Program-made: the position numbers and the translations under genes | Part shown: one piece after another, positions 52,757 to 62,086 of the stretch | Numbering within the stretch: the first letter of the stretch is position 1 | Layout of the letters: every line of letters begins with the position of its first letter | Assembly (NCBI GenBank): GCA_002387725.1 | Contig: DGKK01000025.1 | Span: 10,400 to 73,592 of the forward strand | From: Nitrospirae bacterium UBA4572 | GTDB taxonomy: Bacteria > Nitrospirota > Leptospirillia > Leptospirillales > Leptospirillaceae | Reading direction: 5' to 3' | Length of the DNA: 63,193 nt | The notes under the pieces: generated by a model | What the model was told of the DNA's origin: nothing | The model's database searches: none | Seen by the model: only the letters and a program-made list of their open reading frames with translations

Positions 52757-54319
52757 TTGGCCTATTTTATTGACCGAAAAAATCTTCAGAAAAAATCGCT
52801 GGACCGAAAAATCCCCACCACCATGGCGACCCAGCATCCCGACAATGCCGCCCCTCCCTACTGGAAGGGAAATCAGGATCCCTTCATCAGTACCCTCGAT
52901 GAGATCGAGGAGTGCTACCGCAGCTACATCGATATCGGCTGTCAGGAATACATGTGGGACTGGGAAGGGAAGTATGTGGACGAAGGGGTGGTGGAAAAGC
53001 TCTTTTCCACCTACTACGACTACTTCAAGGACAACCAGATCGGGAAGGATATCTTTCTGACCTTCCGGCTTCCCAATATCTGGTATGAGAAGGAGTACCG
53101 GATTGCCCGGGCCTATATCGGGATCCTGACCTTTGAGGACCTGGCCCGAGATCTCCATCTCAAAACCCCCCCCGTCTTCGAGGTGATCCTGCCCATGACG
53201 GACGAAGGGCAGAAGATGCTCTACCTTCAGCAGACCTTCCGGAAGATCGCAAAACTCAAGAATCAGGTCTTCGACGAGGAGGGAACGGTCAAGGACTCCT
53301 CCTATCTTCAGGTCATTCCCCTGGTTGAGGGAGTCTCGGAGCTGACCGCCTCGAGAAAGATCCTCCATGACTATGTGGACCTCCACGATCGGGAGTACGG
53401 CACCAAGCCGCTCTATCTCCGTCCCTTCATTGCCCGCTCCGATCCGGCGTTAAATGCCGGGATCGTGCCGGCGACCATCGCCGCCAAGGTGGCCCTTTCA
53501 GAATATTACAAGTTCGAAGAGGAAACCGGCATTCCGGTCTTTCCGATCATGGGTGTGGGGTCGCTTCCCTTCCGGGGAGGGCTCTCTCCCTGGAACGTCC
53601 CCCATTTCATCGAGGAATATCCCGGTGTCCGGACGGTCACGGTGCAGTCGGCCTTCCGGTACGACTATCCCCAGGAAGATGTCCGGGAGGCCATTACCCT
53701 CCTCAACCGCTCCCTTCCGGGCGCCGTCCCTCTGGCCTATACCCCCGAGGAGGTCAAGGCCGGGGAGAGGCTCGCGGAGATCTTTTCCGACCACTACCGA
53801 AAAACGATCGAGGAGGTGGCCGACGTCATCAACCGCGTCTCCTCCCGCATCCCTCCCCGTCGGGAGAGGAAGCTGCACATCGGTCTTTTTGGCTACTCCC
53901 GGGGAATTGGCCAGAAGCAGCTCCCCCGCGCCATCGGCTTTACGGCCTCCCTTTATTCCCTGGGGATTCCTCCCGAGCTGATCGGAACCGGCCGCGGAAT
54001 CGCCCAAGCCATTCGGGAAGGGTTGGGCGACCACCTCTCGCTCTTCTACCGGCGACTCAAGGACGACATGCAGGATGCCGGAAACTTCCTGAACAAGGAG
54101 AATCTGGAATTCCTGGCCGCCGAGGACCAGGCATGGAGAACCGTCAAGGAGGACATCGACCTCATTGAGGACTTCTTCAAGATCACCTTGGGTCCCGTCA
54201 CGATCGAACACTATCTTCACCGGAATTTCGTGTCGAGCATCTATTTCCTCATGCAGGAGGAAAAAGACTTCTCGGAATACCTCCTCAATGCGGCGACACT
54301 CCGCCGCTCTCTCGGGTAA
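52757..54319 (+). CDS. Archaeal-type phosphoenolpyruvate carboxylase (PepcA family)
   Basis: 520-aa ORF (TTG start). N-terminal KIPTTMATQHPDNA matches the short archaeal-type PEPC signature (..TQHPDN..), and the ~520-aa length fits that family rather than the ~900-aa bacterial Ppc. Confidence 0.82.
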   Translation: MAYFIDRKNLQKKSLDRKIPTTMATQHPDNAAPPYWKGNQDPFISTLDEIEECYRSYIDIGCQEYMWDWEGKYVDEGVVEKLFSTYYDYFKDNQIGKDIFLTFRLPNIWYEKEYRIARAYIGILTFEDLARDLHLKTPPVFEVILPMTDEGQKMLYLQQTFRKIAKLKNQVFDEEGTVKDSSYLQVIPLVEGVSELTASRKILHDYVDLHDREYGTKPLYLRPFIARSDPALNAGIVPATIAAKVALSEYYKFEEETGIPVFPIMGVGSLPFRGGLSPWNVPHFIEEYPGVRTVTVQSAFRYDYPQEDVREAITLLNRSLPGAVPLAYTPEEVKAGERLAEIFSDHYRKTIEEVADVINRVSSRIPPRRERKLHIGLFGYSRGIGQKQLPRAIGFTASLYSLGIPPELIGTGRGIAQAIREGLGDHLSLFYRRLKDDMQDAGNFLNKENLEFLAAEDQAWRTVKEDIDLIEDFFKITLGPVTIEHYLHRNFVSSIYFLMQEEKDFSEYLLNAATLRRSLG

Positions 54320-54357
54320 CTCTCGACCCGGAGCCGTCTGCCCCAAGGAGCATACAC

Positions 54358-54666
54358 GTGGCCAAATCCCTGGAAAAAAGACTTTTCCTAAAGATCGTCA
54401 TGCCGGTGCTGGTCCTGATCGTGATCTCGTGGGTCCTCTACACTGTCAAGGATCCCCTCATGAAGGGTGCGGCTACCGTCGCCCTGATGTTCTTTCTGGC
54501 CTTTTCCTTTTTCATCCTCCGCAAGCAGTGGCAGGAAAAGGAGGACTTCAAGGTTCCCACCTGGCTTTTTGTCACCTTGATCACCGTTCTGATCCTCTTT
54601 CTGACCGGTGTGGGCGTCCTGCCTATCGTCACGATGTTCACGAAGCCGCCTTCCTCCTATCCCTGA
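54358..54666 (+). CDS. Small three-TM membrane protein (unknown function)
   Basis: 102-aa ORF with a GTG start preceded by AAGGAG. Hydrophobic helices. Confidence 0.55.
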   Translation: MAKSLEKRLFLKIVMPVLVLIVISWVLYTVKDPLMKGAATVALMFFLAFSFFILRKQWQEKEDFKVPTWLFVTLITVLILFLTGVGVLPIVTMFTKPPSSYP

Positions 54667-54879
54667 GGAAAAATTTTCTTCCCGTGTGGCAGACCTGCCA
54701 CACGATTGTGGAAAATCTGACACAGGTGGGGAGAACAGATCGCATCGTTCCGTCTCCGGAAACTCCTAAAATGCCGTCCCACAATACTTTAAAAAGTCAC
54801 TCCCTTATGGCAGGAAAATTGCATGATCGTGGGCGTGCACTCTTTCGTTACGCTGACTGCCGAAAAGGGAGGGGATACT

Positions 54880-55797
54880 GTGAAGCTTCAGAAGACGCTG
54901 GTTCGACCGGTTGAAATCCGGGGAGTCGGTCTCCATTCCGGACGGGAGGTCTCCCTTGTGCTGCGTCCGGCACCGGAGAACCATGGCATCGTCTTTCACC
55001 GATCCGACCTCGGCTCGGTCTATATTCCTGCCCATGTCCGATTTGTCAGCCGGGAGCGCTCGACCCTCTCGACCGTTCTCTTTGACGGTCAGGCGACGGT
55101 CCAGACGGTCGAACACCTTCTCTCGGCTCTTGCGGGCCTCTCCGTCGACAATGTCATTGCTGAGGTTGACGGGGCGGAGCTTCCCATTCTCGACGGCTCG
55201 GCCAGAAACGTGATCGAGGCGATCCGCGAGGGGGGGCTTTGCGAGCAAAGGAAGGCCCAGTCTTTCTATCGCATTACCCGAGCCGAAGAGTTTTCCTCGG
55301 AGGGGCGATACATGTCCGTCGCTCCCTCGGAAAACTTTGAGGTGGACTATGAAATCGATTTCGGGGGAGGCCTTGTCCAGCGGGCGGGCTTTATTCTCTC
55401 CGAAGGGATCTACGACCGGGAGATCTCCCGGGCCAAGACCTTTTGTTTCGAGTCGGACATCCAGAAAATGCGGTCCATGGGCCTTGCCAAGGGGGGAAGC
55501 CTCTCCAATGCCCTCGTCATGGGCAAAGAAGCCCTGCTCAACCCGGAGCAGCAGACCTACGACGATGAGTTTGTCCGCCACAAGATCCTCGATTTTCTCG
55601 GGGACATGCGCCTTCTCGATCGTCCGATCCTGGGGCGGTTTGTTGTTCGTCGCGGGGGGCATGCCTTCCATACCGACTGTCTTCGGACACTCTGGGAGAG
55701 CGGGAATCTGGCCATTTCTCCGGTGGCCGACTCTCCGGCCTCCTCTTCCTTGAAGGGCCGAAAAAGCCAGATTCCTGTGAGCCCCGCCCTGCGCTAA
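54880..55797 (+). CDS. lpxC: UDP-3-O-acyl-N-acetylglucosamine deacetylase
   Basis: LpxC blocks (LQKTLVRPVEIRGVGLHSG, HKILDFLGD). Start placed at GTG 54880 (SD GGGAGGGG, 305 aa) rather than ATG 54823. Confidence 0.93.
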   Translation: MKLQKTLVRPVEIRGVGLHSGREVSLVLRPAPENHGIVFHRSDLGSVYIPAHVRFVSRERSTLSTVLFDGQATVQTVEHLLSALAGLSVDNVIAEVDGAELPILDGSARNVIEAIREGGLCEQRKAQSFYRITRAEEFSSEGRYMSVAPSENFEVDYEIDFGGGLVQRAGFILSEGIYDREISRAKTFCFESDIQKMRSMGLAKGGSLSNALVMGKEALLNPEQQTYDDEFVRHKILDFLGDMRLLDRPILGRFVVRRGGHAFHTDCLRTLWESGNLAISPVADSPASSSLKGRKSQIPVSPALR

Positions 55798-56047
55798 AAC
55801 TCCTTCTTGCAATTGGCCCCGTCCCGGCGCTCGGGAGATGGGGCCATCCTGTCTCCTTCGGCGTTCATGAAGCGGCTTCCTTCTCTTCCGTTTTCTTCTT
55901 CCTTATTGCCTCTCTCCATCATCCCGTCCCCGGGTCACTCTTTGGATGGATCCATGCCTTGCCCCCTTTCTGGTGCCGTCTGTAACCCCAGGGGGAGAGG
56001 AAAAGAGCAGGATGATTGCTGAAGGCGTCGTAGCGGAGTGGCCGTGA

Positions 56048-56350
56048 TCAGCTTTTTCGGGCCAGAGAGGGGAAGGAGAGGACCAGCGGGGCCGAGCCAG
56101 CTGGGGTTTGACACGCAAGACGGTAGTCGGTCTCGAGGAGCATGGCCTTGGATAGGAAGTCTTCTACAGAATTGCGCGGGGGGAGAGAGTCGAGTCCTTC
56201 GACGACCTTGACAAGGCAGGTGGCACAGGCCGATTCACCGGCACAGACAAAGCCGAACGCCACCCCCTGATCCATGGCCCCCTGAAGGAGAAGCCGGCCT
56301 TCGGGAATCTCGATTTCCCTGTCTAGCTCGACAATCCTTACGATGGGCAA
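56048..56350 (-). CDS. [2Fe-2S] ferredoxin
   Basis: 100-aa ORF with a TTG start preceded by AAGGAGG. Cys pattern C-x5-C-x2-C...C (CAGESACATC....LAC). Confidence 0.85.
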   Translation of the reverse strand: MPIVRIVELDREIEIPEGRLLLQGAMDQGVAFGFVCAGESACATCLVKVVEGLDSLPPRNSVEDFLSKAMLLETDYRLACQTPAGSAPLVLSFPSLARKS

Positions 56351-56374
56351 CCGGGCCTCCTTCTTCGGTGGGGG

Positions 56375-56998
56375 TCAGTGGCCGAAAAGACGGCCGACGA
56401 GCCCTTGGGCGGCAGTTTGGGCAACGGTCAAAAAGGGTGCCGGTGTGGTCGGAAAGAAGAGACGCTCATAGCCGCGTCCCTCTCCGATTCCCTCCCAGAC
56501 GATCCGGTGGAGCTTGATATCGTAAATGCGGGAAAAAAACCGAACCTGCTCCGCTCCCCCTCCGACCTCGGCGTACTGGATCTGGGACTCCAGAAGATAG
56601 CGGACACCCAGCCGGCGGGCAAAGGCCTCCGTCGCCTCCATCCCCTTGATGCTGTGCACCGAAATGTGGGGTGCCATCGCCTTCCACTCGGCGGCGAGGA
56701 CGGGGTCGGAGGCAAGGCGCAGCCGGACCTGCCGGGTGGTGAAAAGGCTCGAGGGCGGGAGCTTCTTCTGGAGCTCCCGGTCGAGGAGCCCGGAGAGGGC
56801 TCGGGCCTCAGCCTTGGATGCATCTCCGTGAACGACGGGGGTCACGGCGAGGGTCGTTCGTGCTAGATTCTTGGGGGAAAAGTCTCCGTTGGAGTAGAGC
56901 TCGGTCGAGAGATTGTTGATGGAGTCCTGACAGCCCGGAAGAAGAAGGAGTCCTCCCAGGAGAAGGAGATGGTGAATAAGACGGCTATTCCGGGTCAT
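56375..56998 (-). CDS. Lipoprotein (unknown function)
   Basis: Start at ATG 56998. MTRNSRLIHHLLLLGGLLLLPGC carries a lipobox (LLPGC). Confidence 0.7.
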   Translation of the reverse strand: MTRNSRLIHHLLLLGGLLLLPGCQDSINNLSTELYSNGDFSPKNLARTTLAVTPVVHGDASKAEARALSGLLDRELQKKLPPSSLFTTRQVRLRLASDPVLAAEWKAMAPHISVHSIKGMEATEAFARRLGVRYLLESQIQYAEVGGGAEQVRFFSRIYDIKLHRIVWEGIGEGRGYERLFFPTTPAPFLTVAQTAAQGLVGRLFGH

Positions 56999-57422
56999 CC
57001 GACCGGTCCGAGAGCTGGAGAAAGTCCATATTGGGGGGCGTCTTTCTGAGGATCCCTTCCTTGGCAAAAATCGGGACTCCGCCGCGGATGGCGATGGCGA
57101 CGGCGTCGCTCGGACGGGCGTCAATGGAAAACTCGGAGTTTTCCGACAGAAGATGGAGCGTGGCGAAGTAGGCCTCCCCTTCGATGCGGCTGATGACGAC
57201 GGAGAGAAGCTTCACGGTGATGGAATCGAGAAGGGAGATGAAGAGGTCGTGAGTCTGAGGCCTTTCAGGGCGAGTGCGGGCCAACCCCATGGAGATAGCC
57301 TGTGCTTCAAAGGGCCCGACCCAGACCGGGAGGGTCCAATCGCGTGACTCGTCCTGGAGGATGAGGATATAAGCCTGATTCGACGAATCGAAAAATATTT
57401 CCCGAACAAAAACTTCAACCAT
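56985..57422 (-). CDS. Bifunctional nuclease domain (DUF151/BFN) protein
   Basis: Start at ATG 57422 (SD AGGAG). LPVWVGPFEAQAI...RPQTHDL...ARPSDAVAIA is typical of DUF151. Confidence 0.8.
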   Translation of the reverse strand: MVEVFVREIFFDSSNQAYILILQDESRDWTLPVWVGPFEAQAISMGLARTRPERPQTHDLFISLLDSITVKLLSVVISRIEGEAYFATLHLLSENSEFSIDARPSDAVAIAIRGGVPIFAKEGILRKTPPNMDFLQLSDRSDDPE

Positions 57423-57564
57423 GAACAGCTCCTGGCGGGACGGGTGACCCGTGATTGTTGCCAATAACAGACAGTGAGGTCTCTCGGAGGAGGCCTTTCT
57501 TCTATTTTAGCACCCCGTTCGAACAAGAGGACAAGCGGTCAGGGGTTAATTCTCCGCCCCCCCA

Positions 57565-57611
57565 AAATAGGCCTTTCCCGGACTCGAGAAGTCCTGAAAA
57601 AAGGGGAAAGG
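57565..57611 (-). terminator. Candidate terminator after rnc (bulged hairpin plus short U-run)
   Basis: Minus-strand RNA: CCUUUCCC..GGACU-UCUCG-AGUCC-GGGAAAGG followed by CCUAUUUUGGGG. Lies ~27 nt after the rnc stop. Confidence 0.4.
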
Positions 57612-57637
57612 TCTCCTGCGTTAGAACGGCTGCATCA

Positions 57638-58738
57638 TCAGTGGTGTCCGGACCATTCCTCATGCTTCCCTTCTTCGGAATGGGTCTCGGGAACCGGAAT
57701 CGGGGTTTCCGTGAAGGCCGAAGAGGGCTCGGAGTAGGAGATCCCGTGAGAGGCCTCTTCCTCGTCGGGGGAGGCTTTCGGTGAAAGCTCCTCCTCGGGC
57801 GAAGCGGGAGAGAGCTCCAACGGAGAATCCTCCGGGGCCCGGAGGTCGGAGGACTTTGATTCCTGTCTCGCCGGGGCCAGGCGGGGAAGATCCGGCATAT
57901 ACCCCTGCCCGATATTCTCCCAGATTCGCTCCATTGCGGAGAAAAGGGCCCCCCGCTTTGTCCTGTCGCTTCCCTCACCCAGAAGAATTCCTCCGAGATT
58001 GAGCCCCATGACGAACCGTTTTTGGTGAGAGGGGCCCGATTCCTCGATCAGAACCACCTCGGGCAGAAGGCCGAAGTTCTGCTGGGCCCATTTCTGGATC
58101 AGGAGCTTGTAGTTCGGGGGATGCTTGGGACGCTCCCGGGGAGAGGGCGTGGCCGATCGGGGGGCCGTCACCGTGACGACGGGCGAGGGAGCGGGCTCAG
58201 GGACGGTCGCGCGCCGAGGTTCCCGGGGAGGGGCCGATTCGATGGCCCGGAGAATCTCCTGAAGGGGCTGGGCAAACCAGGGGATCAGGATCTGACGGGT
58301 CGTTTCAAGGCCATACTCGCAGTAAATGGCGGCGGTCAGAGCCTCGAAGGTGTCGGCCAGAAGGGAGGCATTTTCCCGCTCCCCGGAAGAATTGCTCCCC
58401 TTTCCGAGGATCATGTAGGAGCCGAGATCCATCCGGCGGGCGATCGAGGCCAGGGTCTGGGTGCTGACAATGGTCGAGAAGACCTGTCCGACCTCCCCCT
58501 CGGTCGCCTGGGGCCACATGTTGAGAAGATATTCGCTGACAATGAGTCCGACGACTCGGTCTCCCAGGAATTCAAGACGCTCATAGTTGGGGATGGGCTT
58601 CTTGCGTCCGCGCTCGTGGGAGGCTGACCGATGGGTCAGGGCTTCCTCGATGCGGAAACTGTCCTTGAAGGGGAGGCCCAGCATCCGGATCAGAGTCTCC
58701 GCGGGTTTGGGTGTGTTGCCTTGCCTCACATCTCCCAA
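57638..58738 (-). CDS. rnc: Ribonuclease III with a Pro-rich interdomain insert and an acidic C-terminal tail
   Basis: 366-aa ORF (TTG start, SD AGGAGG). RNase III signature ERLEFLGDRV and a dsRBD (KLLIQKWAQQ...KRGALFSAME), plus ~130 extra residues. Confidence 0.9.
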   Translation of the reverse strand: MGDVRQGNTPKPAETLIRMLGLPFKDSFRIEEALTHRSASHERGRKKPIPNYERLEFLGDRVVGLIVSEYLLNMWPQATEGEVGQVFSTIVSTQTLASIARRMDLGSYMILGKGSNSSGERENASLLADTFEALTAAIYCEYGLETTRQILIPWFAQPLQEILRAIESAPPREPRRATVPEPAPSPVVTVTAPRSATPSPRERPKHPPNYKLLIQKWAQQNFGLLPEVVLIEESGPSHQKRFVMGLNLGGILLGEGSDRTKRGALFSAMERIWENIGQGYMPDLPRLAPARQESKSSDLRAPEDSPLELSPASPEEELSPKASPDEEEASHGISYSEPSSAFTETPIPVPETHSEEGKHEEWSGHH

Positions 58739-58872
58739 CGGGTCCTCCTGTCAAAGGGTGAAAGCTCTCGTAATCTCGGCCTCATGTTGGGCCGGATCCT
58801 TCTTTTACGATCTCGTTTTACCGAGGACGATCGGTTGCGATTCGCCGGGTAACTCTGCGGAAACGTTAAGTC

Positions 58873-58881
58873 ATTCTAGCA
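58873..58881 (-). promoter_or_regulatory. Extended -10 element TGCTAGAAT upstream of rnc
   Basis: Read on the minus strand, ~135 nt upstream of the rnc start. No good -35, which is consistent with the extended -10 class. Confidence 0.35.
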
Positions 58882-58901
58882 TATTTTCCGAAAAAGTGTG
58901 G

Positions 58902-58921
58902 CCGGACAAAGAGGTGTCCGG
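58902..58921 (-). terminator. Candidate terminator after mutM (CCGGACA-loop-TGTCCGG, then CCACACUUUUU)
   Basis: Seen directly. A 7-bp stem, with the U-run separated from the stem by 6 nt. Confidence 0.35.
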
Positions 58922-58963
58922 GGGAGTCAGTCATGGGAGGGCGCAGCGGGAAGGAAGGGTGGG

Positions 58964-59803
58964 CTAAGGGGCGGCGAGAGGCTGGCAGAGGGCGCAGTAA
59001 TACAGGGAGCGGGCCTCGACCGTTGTCCGCTGGAGTGGAAGTCCGCACCGCCGGCAGGGGCTCCCCTCCCGTCCGTAGACGGCATGAAATTTCTGGTAGC
59101 CTCCGGGAGAGCCGTCCTCCTGGCGATAGGAGTGGATGGTCGAGCCCCCGGAGTCGATGGCCGAGGACAGGATCCGGTGGAGGCTTTGGGAGAGGCGACA
59201 GGCTTCGGCGAGAGAGAGGGAGCCGGCTGGCCGGAAGGGGGAGAGTCCGGCATCGAAGAGAATTTCTGCCATGTAAATGTTCCCGATCCCCGCAAGGAGG
59301 GCGGGGTTGGTCAGGGCCTTTCTCAGAGGGGTGGCAAGCGGGCGGAATATCTCAAAAAGAGACGGTCCGTCCAGGGAGAGGGCGTCGGGCCCGGTTCCGG
59401 CAAGAAGCCGGGATTCGTCGGGGGAGGGGGAGATCTCAAGACGGCCGAACCTGCGGGGATCGCTCCAGGCAAGGATTACTCCCTCCTCCGGGATGAGGAG
59501 CTCGAGATGGGTGTGGGGGGCGGGACGGGAGCCCTGGTGGCGCCGGTCCCATCGTCCCGACATGCCGAATCGGGAGAGCAAGAAAATCGGGGGGGAGGAT
59601 CGATCGGCCTTGTCAGGAATGAGGGAGAAAATCAGGGTCTTGCCGCGGCGAACGATCTCCCCCCCTGTGAAGGGGCCGCGGGGGGGACGCCGGCCGGTGG
59701 CCCAGATGTCCTCACGGAGAGGCGTGATAGAGGCGATCCTCCGTCCGGTGAAGACAGGAAGAATGGCCCGGCGGGTCGTTTCGACTTCGGGAAGTTCCGG
59801 CAA
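58964..59803 (-). CDS. mutM: Formamidopyrimidine-DNA glycosylase
   Basis: 279-aa ORF starting MPELPEVE, with a C-terminal zinc finger CRRCG...CALCQ. Confidence 0.93.
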   Translation of the reverse strand: MPELPEVETTRRAILPVFTGRRIASITPLREDIWATGRRPPRGPFTGGEIVRRGKTLIFSLIPDKADRSSPPIFLLSRFGMSGRWDRRHQGSRPAPHTHLELLIPEEGVILAWSDPRRFGRLEISPSPDESRLLAGTGPDALSLDGPSLFEIFRPLATPLRKALTNPALLAGIGNIYMAEILFDAGLSPFRPAGSLSLAEACRLSQSLHRILSSAIDSGGSTIHSYRQEDGSPGGYQKFHAVYGREGSPCRRCGLPLQRTTVEARSLYYCALCQPLAAP

Positions 59804-59843
59804 GGGGGACTCCGGGTGAGTGACGGGGTTGGCCTACTCCCCA

Positions 59844-60956
59844 TCATAGCGCGGAGAGGGATCCGTGGCCATAGAGAAGGAGGGAGAGCCCGAGTCCGGT
59901 GAGGGAGACGAAGATCCAGAGGAAGATCCCCGAGGCCAGGGGGCGGACTCCGAACCGGAAGATCCGGGAGAGGTGGGTTTCAAGGCCCATGGCCGCCATG
60001 GCCACGGCCAGGATCGCCGCATCTCCTTCCTGAAGGAGCTGGAGGATTTTCGGAGGAAGCGGCAGAAGGAAGTTCAGAAGCACCACACCGGCAAAGGCCC
60101 CCACGAACCAGGGAAAATGGCGCTTTCCCCTGCCCTGGTCCGGATTTTCAGCCCGTGCGCGCGCCAGGACGTAGGCCTCCAGAAGGAGAACAACCGGGAG
60201 GAGAAGGGCGACGCGGGTGAGCTTCAGCATGGTTCCCAGCTCCAGTGCCTCTTTCGAATAGGGAAGTGTCGCCCCGACAACCTGGCCAATTTCATGGATG
60301 GAGGAGCCGGACCAGGCTCCGTAGACATCCGGCGGCAAATGGAGAAGGCGGCGAACCACGGGATAGAGGAACATGGAGAGGGTCCCGAAGAGGGTGACGG
60401 TGGCGACCGAGTAGGCCACCTCTTCATCCTTTCCGCGGATCACCCCGTTGGCGGCGACGATGGCCGAGGCTCCGCAGATGGCGGTCCCGGTTCCCAGAAG
60501 GAGGGAGAGGTTGTCGGGAAGCCCCCGAAGACGGCCGAACCAGAGTGCCACAAGGTAGACCGAGACGATGATGGCGAGATCGAGGATCAGCCCGCGCAGT
60601 CCGATGCCGACGAGCTCCCGGGCGGAGAAATCGAAGCCGAGTCCCACGATGCCCAGGCGAAGGAGTGTGCGGAAGGAAAAGGAGATCCCAGGGTCGAGCG
60701 CGTGGGGAAGAGGGCGGACATTCCGGACGGCAATGCCAAAAAGGATCGCAAGAAGGATCGGGCCGGCAATGGCGATCCCGGTGACTGTGGCAATTTCCCG
60801 GCTGGTGACGGTCGCCAGAACCGCCAGAAGAACCGAGAGAAGAAGCCCCGGAAGAAGGGAACGCATGTGAGAAAGACGTCGGCTCAAGGGAGACCTTTTT
60901 GGGAAGGGAGGCGTTGGCATCCTGCGGTGAGTCCATGTAACATAACCGTGGTTCAT
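59844..60956 (-). CDS. YeiH/UPF0324-family membrane protein
   Basis: Polytopic ORF with YeiH-like blocks. The true start may be ATG 60866 (MRSLLPGLLL...). Confidence 0.8.
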   Translation of the reverse strand: MNHGYVTWTHRRMPTPPFPKRSPLSRRLSHMRSLLPGLLLSVLLAVLATVTSREIATVTGIAIAGPILLAILFGIAVRNVRPLPHALDPGISFSFRTLLRLGIVGLGFDFSARELVGIGLRGLILDLAIIVSVYLVALWFGRLRGLPDNLSLLLGTGTAICGASAIVAANGVIRGKDEEVAYSVATVTLFGTLSMFLYPVVRRLLHLPPDVYGAWSGSSIHEIGQVVGATLPYSKEALELGTMLKLTRVALLLPVVLLLEAYVLARARAENPDQGRGKRHFPWFVGAFAGVVLLNFLLPLPPKILQLLQEGDAAILAVAMAAMGLETHLSRIFRFGVRPLASGIFLWIFVSLTGLGLSLLLYGHGSLSAL

Positions 60957-61018
60957 TCTATCGGGATTGCGGGGCGTCGTGCCATTGTCTTTTTTAATCG
61001 GAAAACAAAGGGTTGCGA

Positions 61019-62086
61019 ATGACTCATGACGCGGAGTGGAAAGAGTTTGTCGAAGGCTGGGGAAAGCCGAAGGCTCGCATTCCGGCCGGTCGCATTCCCC
61101 TGACGGGAGATGCCTCCAACCGGCGGTACTTTCGGGTGGAGTTCAAGGGAGAGGAGTCTCCCCGGACGGCGATTCTCATGGAGAGGCAAGGAACCCTGGG
61201 ATTCAAGAAGTCGGAGGAGGCCGTGTCCGGGGGGGCCTCGGAGCCCCCGGGCGATCCCTTCCTCCTGGTGGCCGATGCCCTGGGCCGGAGGGGACTTCCC
61301 GTTCCCTCCATCTACCACCGTCTTCCGGATGGGTCGAAGACCCTTCAGGAGGATCTGGGGGACGAGACCGTTCTTTCCCGGCTCCAGTCGGAGGCCAACG
61401 CCGAGGAGTCCCTGACGGAAAAGGCGCTGGCCCTTCTCGTGCGCCTTCAGACCATCCGGCCCGACGGAGATCTCTCCTGGGTCCGGAATCGTCCCTACTC
61501 CCGGGAGCTCATCCGCTGGGAGTTCGAGCACTTCGTGGAGTATGGACTCGCCGGCGTGCCGGAGGGGCGTCTTCGGCAAATCCGGGAGGGGTTCGACCGG
61601 GAAGCCGCCGATCTGGCCGGAGAGGAGGCCAAGGTCCTGGTTCATCGGGACTACCACTCCCGGAACATCATGGTCCGGACAGACAGCTCCCTGGCCCTCA
61701 TCGACTTTCAGGATCTCCTCTGGGGCTCTCCTTATTATGATCTGGCCTCCTTCCTCTTCGATGCCTATCGCACCGTTCCTCTGGAAAGGATCGAAAAGGC
61801 GCTGGCTCGCTACCTCGATCTTGCGGAGGGAGCGGGGGTTTTGCCGATGACAACCCACGAGGCGGCGATGGAGCGTCTCTGTCGCCATGCCTTCCAGCGG
61901 AATCTCAAGGCCTGCGGGCGATTCTTTTACATCGCCGACGTGAAGGGGAATCCCGCCTTTCTGGGATCGGTTGCCGGAACTCACGCGAACATGCTCCGGA
62001 TCGTGGGGCGGGTTCCCTCCCTGGCCCCGCTCTACGAGAGCTTCTCCCCCTATCTGCGGTTTCCCGACCCTGCCGTCTCTCCATGA
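61019..62086 (+). CDS. amgK: Aminoglycoside-phosphotransferase-fold sugar kinase (AmgK-like MurNAc/GlcNAc anomeric kinase)
   Basis: 355-aa ORF with the kinase motif LVHRDYHSRNIMV...IDFQD. Overlaps a downstream MurU-like gene by 4 nt. Confidence 0.75.
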   Translation: MTHDAEWKEFVEGWGKPKARIPAGRIPLTGDASNRRYFRVEFKGEESPRTAILMERQGTLGFKKSEEAVSGGASEPPGDPFLLVADALGRRGLPVPSIYHRLPDGSKTLQEDLGDETVLSRLQSEANAEESLTEKALALLVRLQTIRPDGDLSWVRNRPYSRELIRWEFEHFVEYGLAGVPEGRLRQIREGFDREAADLAGEEAKVLVHRDYHSRNIMVRTDSSLALIDFQDLLWGSPYYDLASFLFDAYRTVPLERIEKALARYLDLAEGAGVLPMTTHEAAMERLCRHAFQRNLKACGRFFYIADVKGNPAFLGSVAGTHANMLRIVGRVPSLAPLYESFSPYLRFPDPAVSP

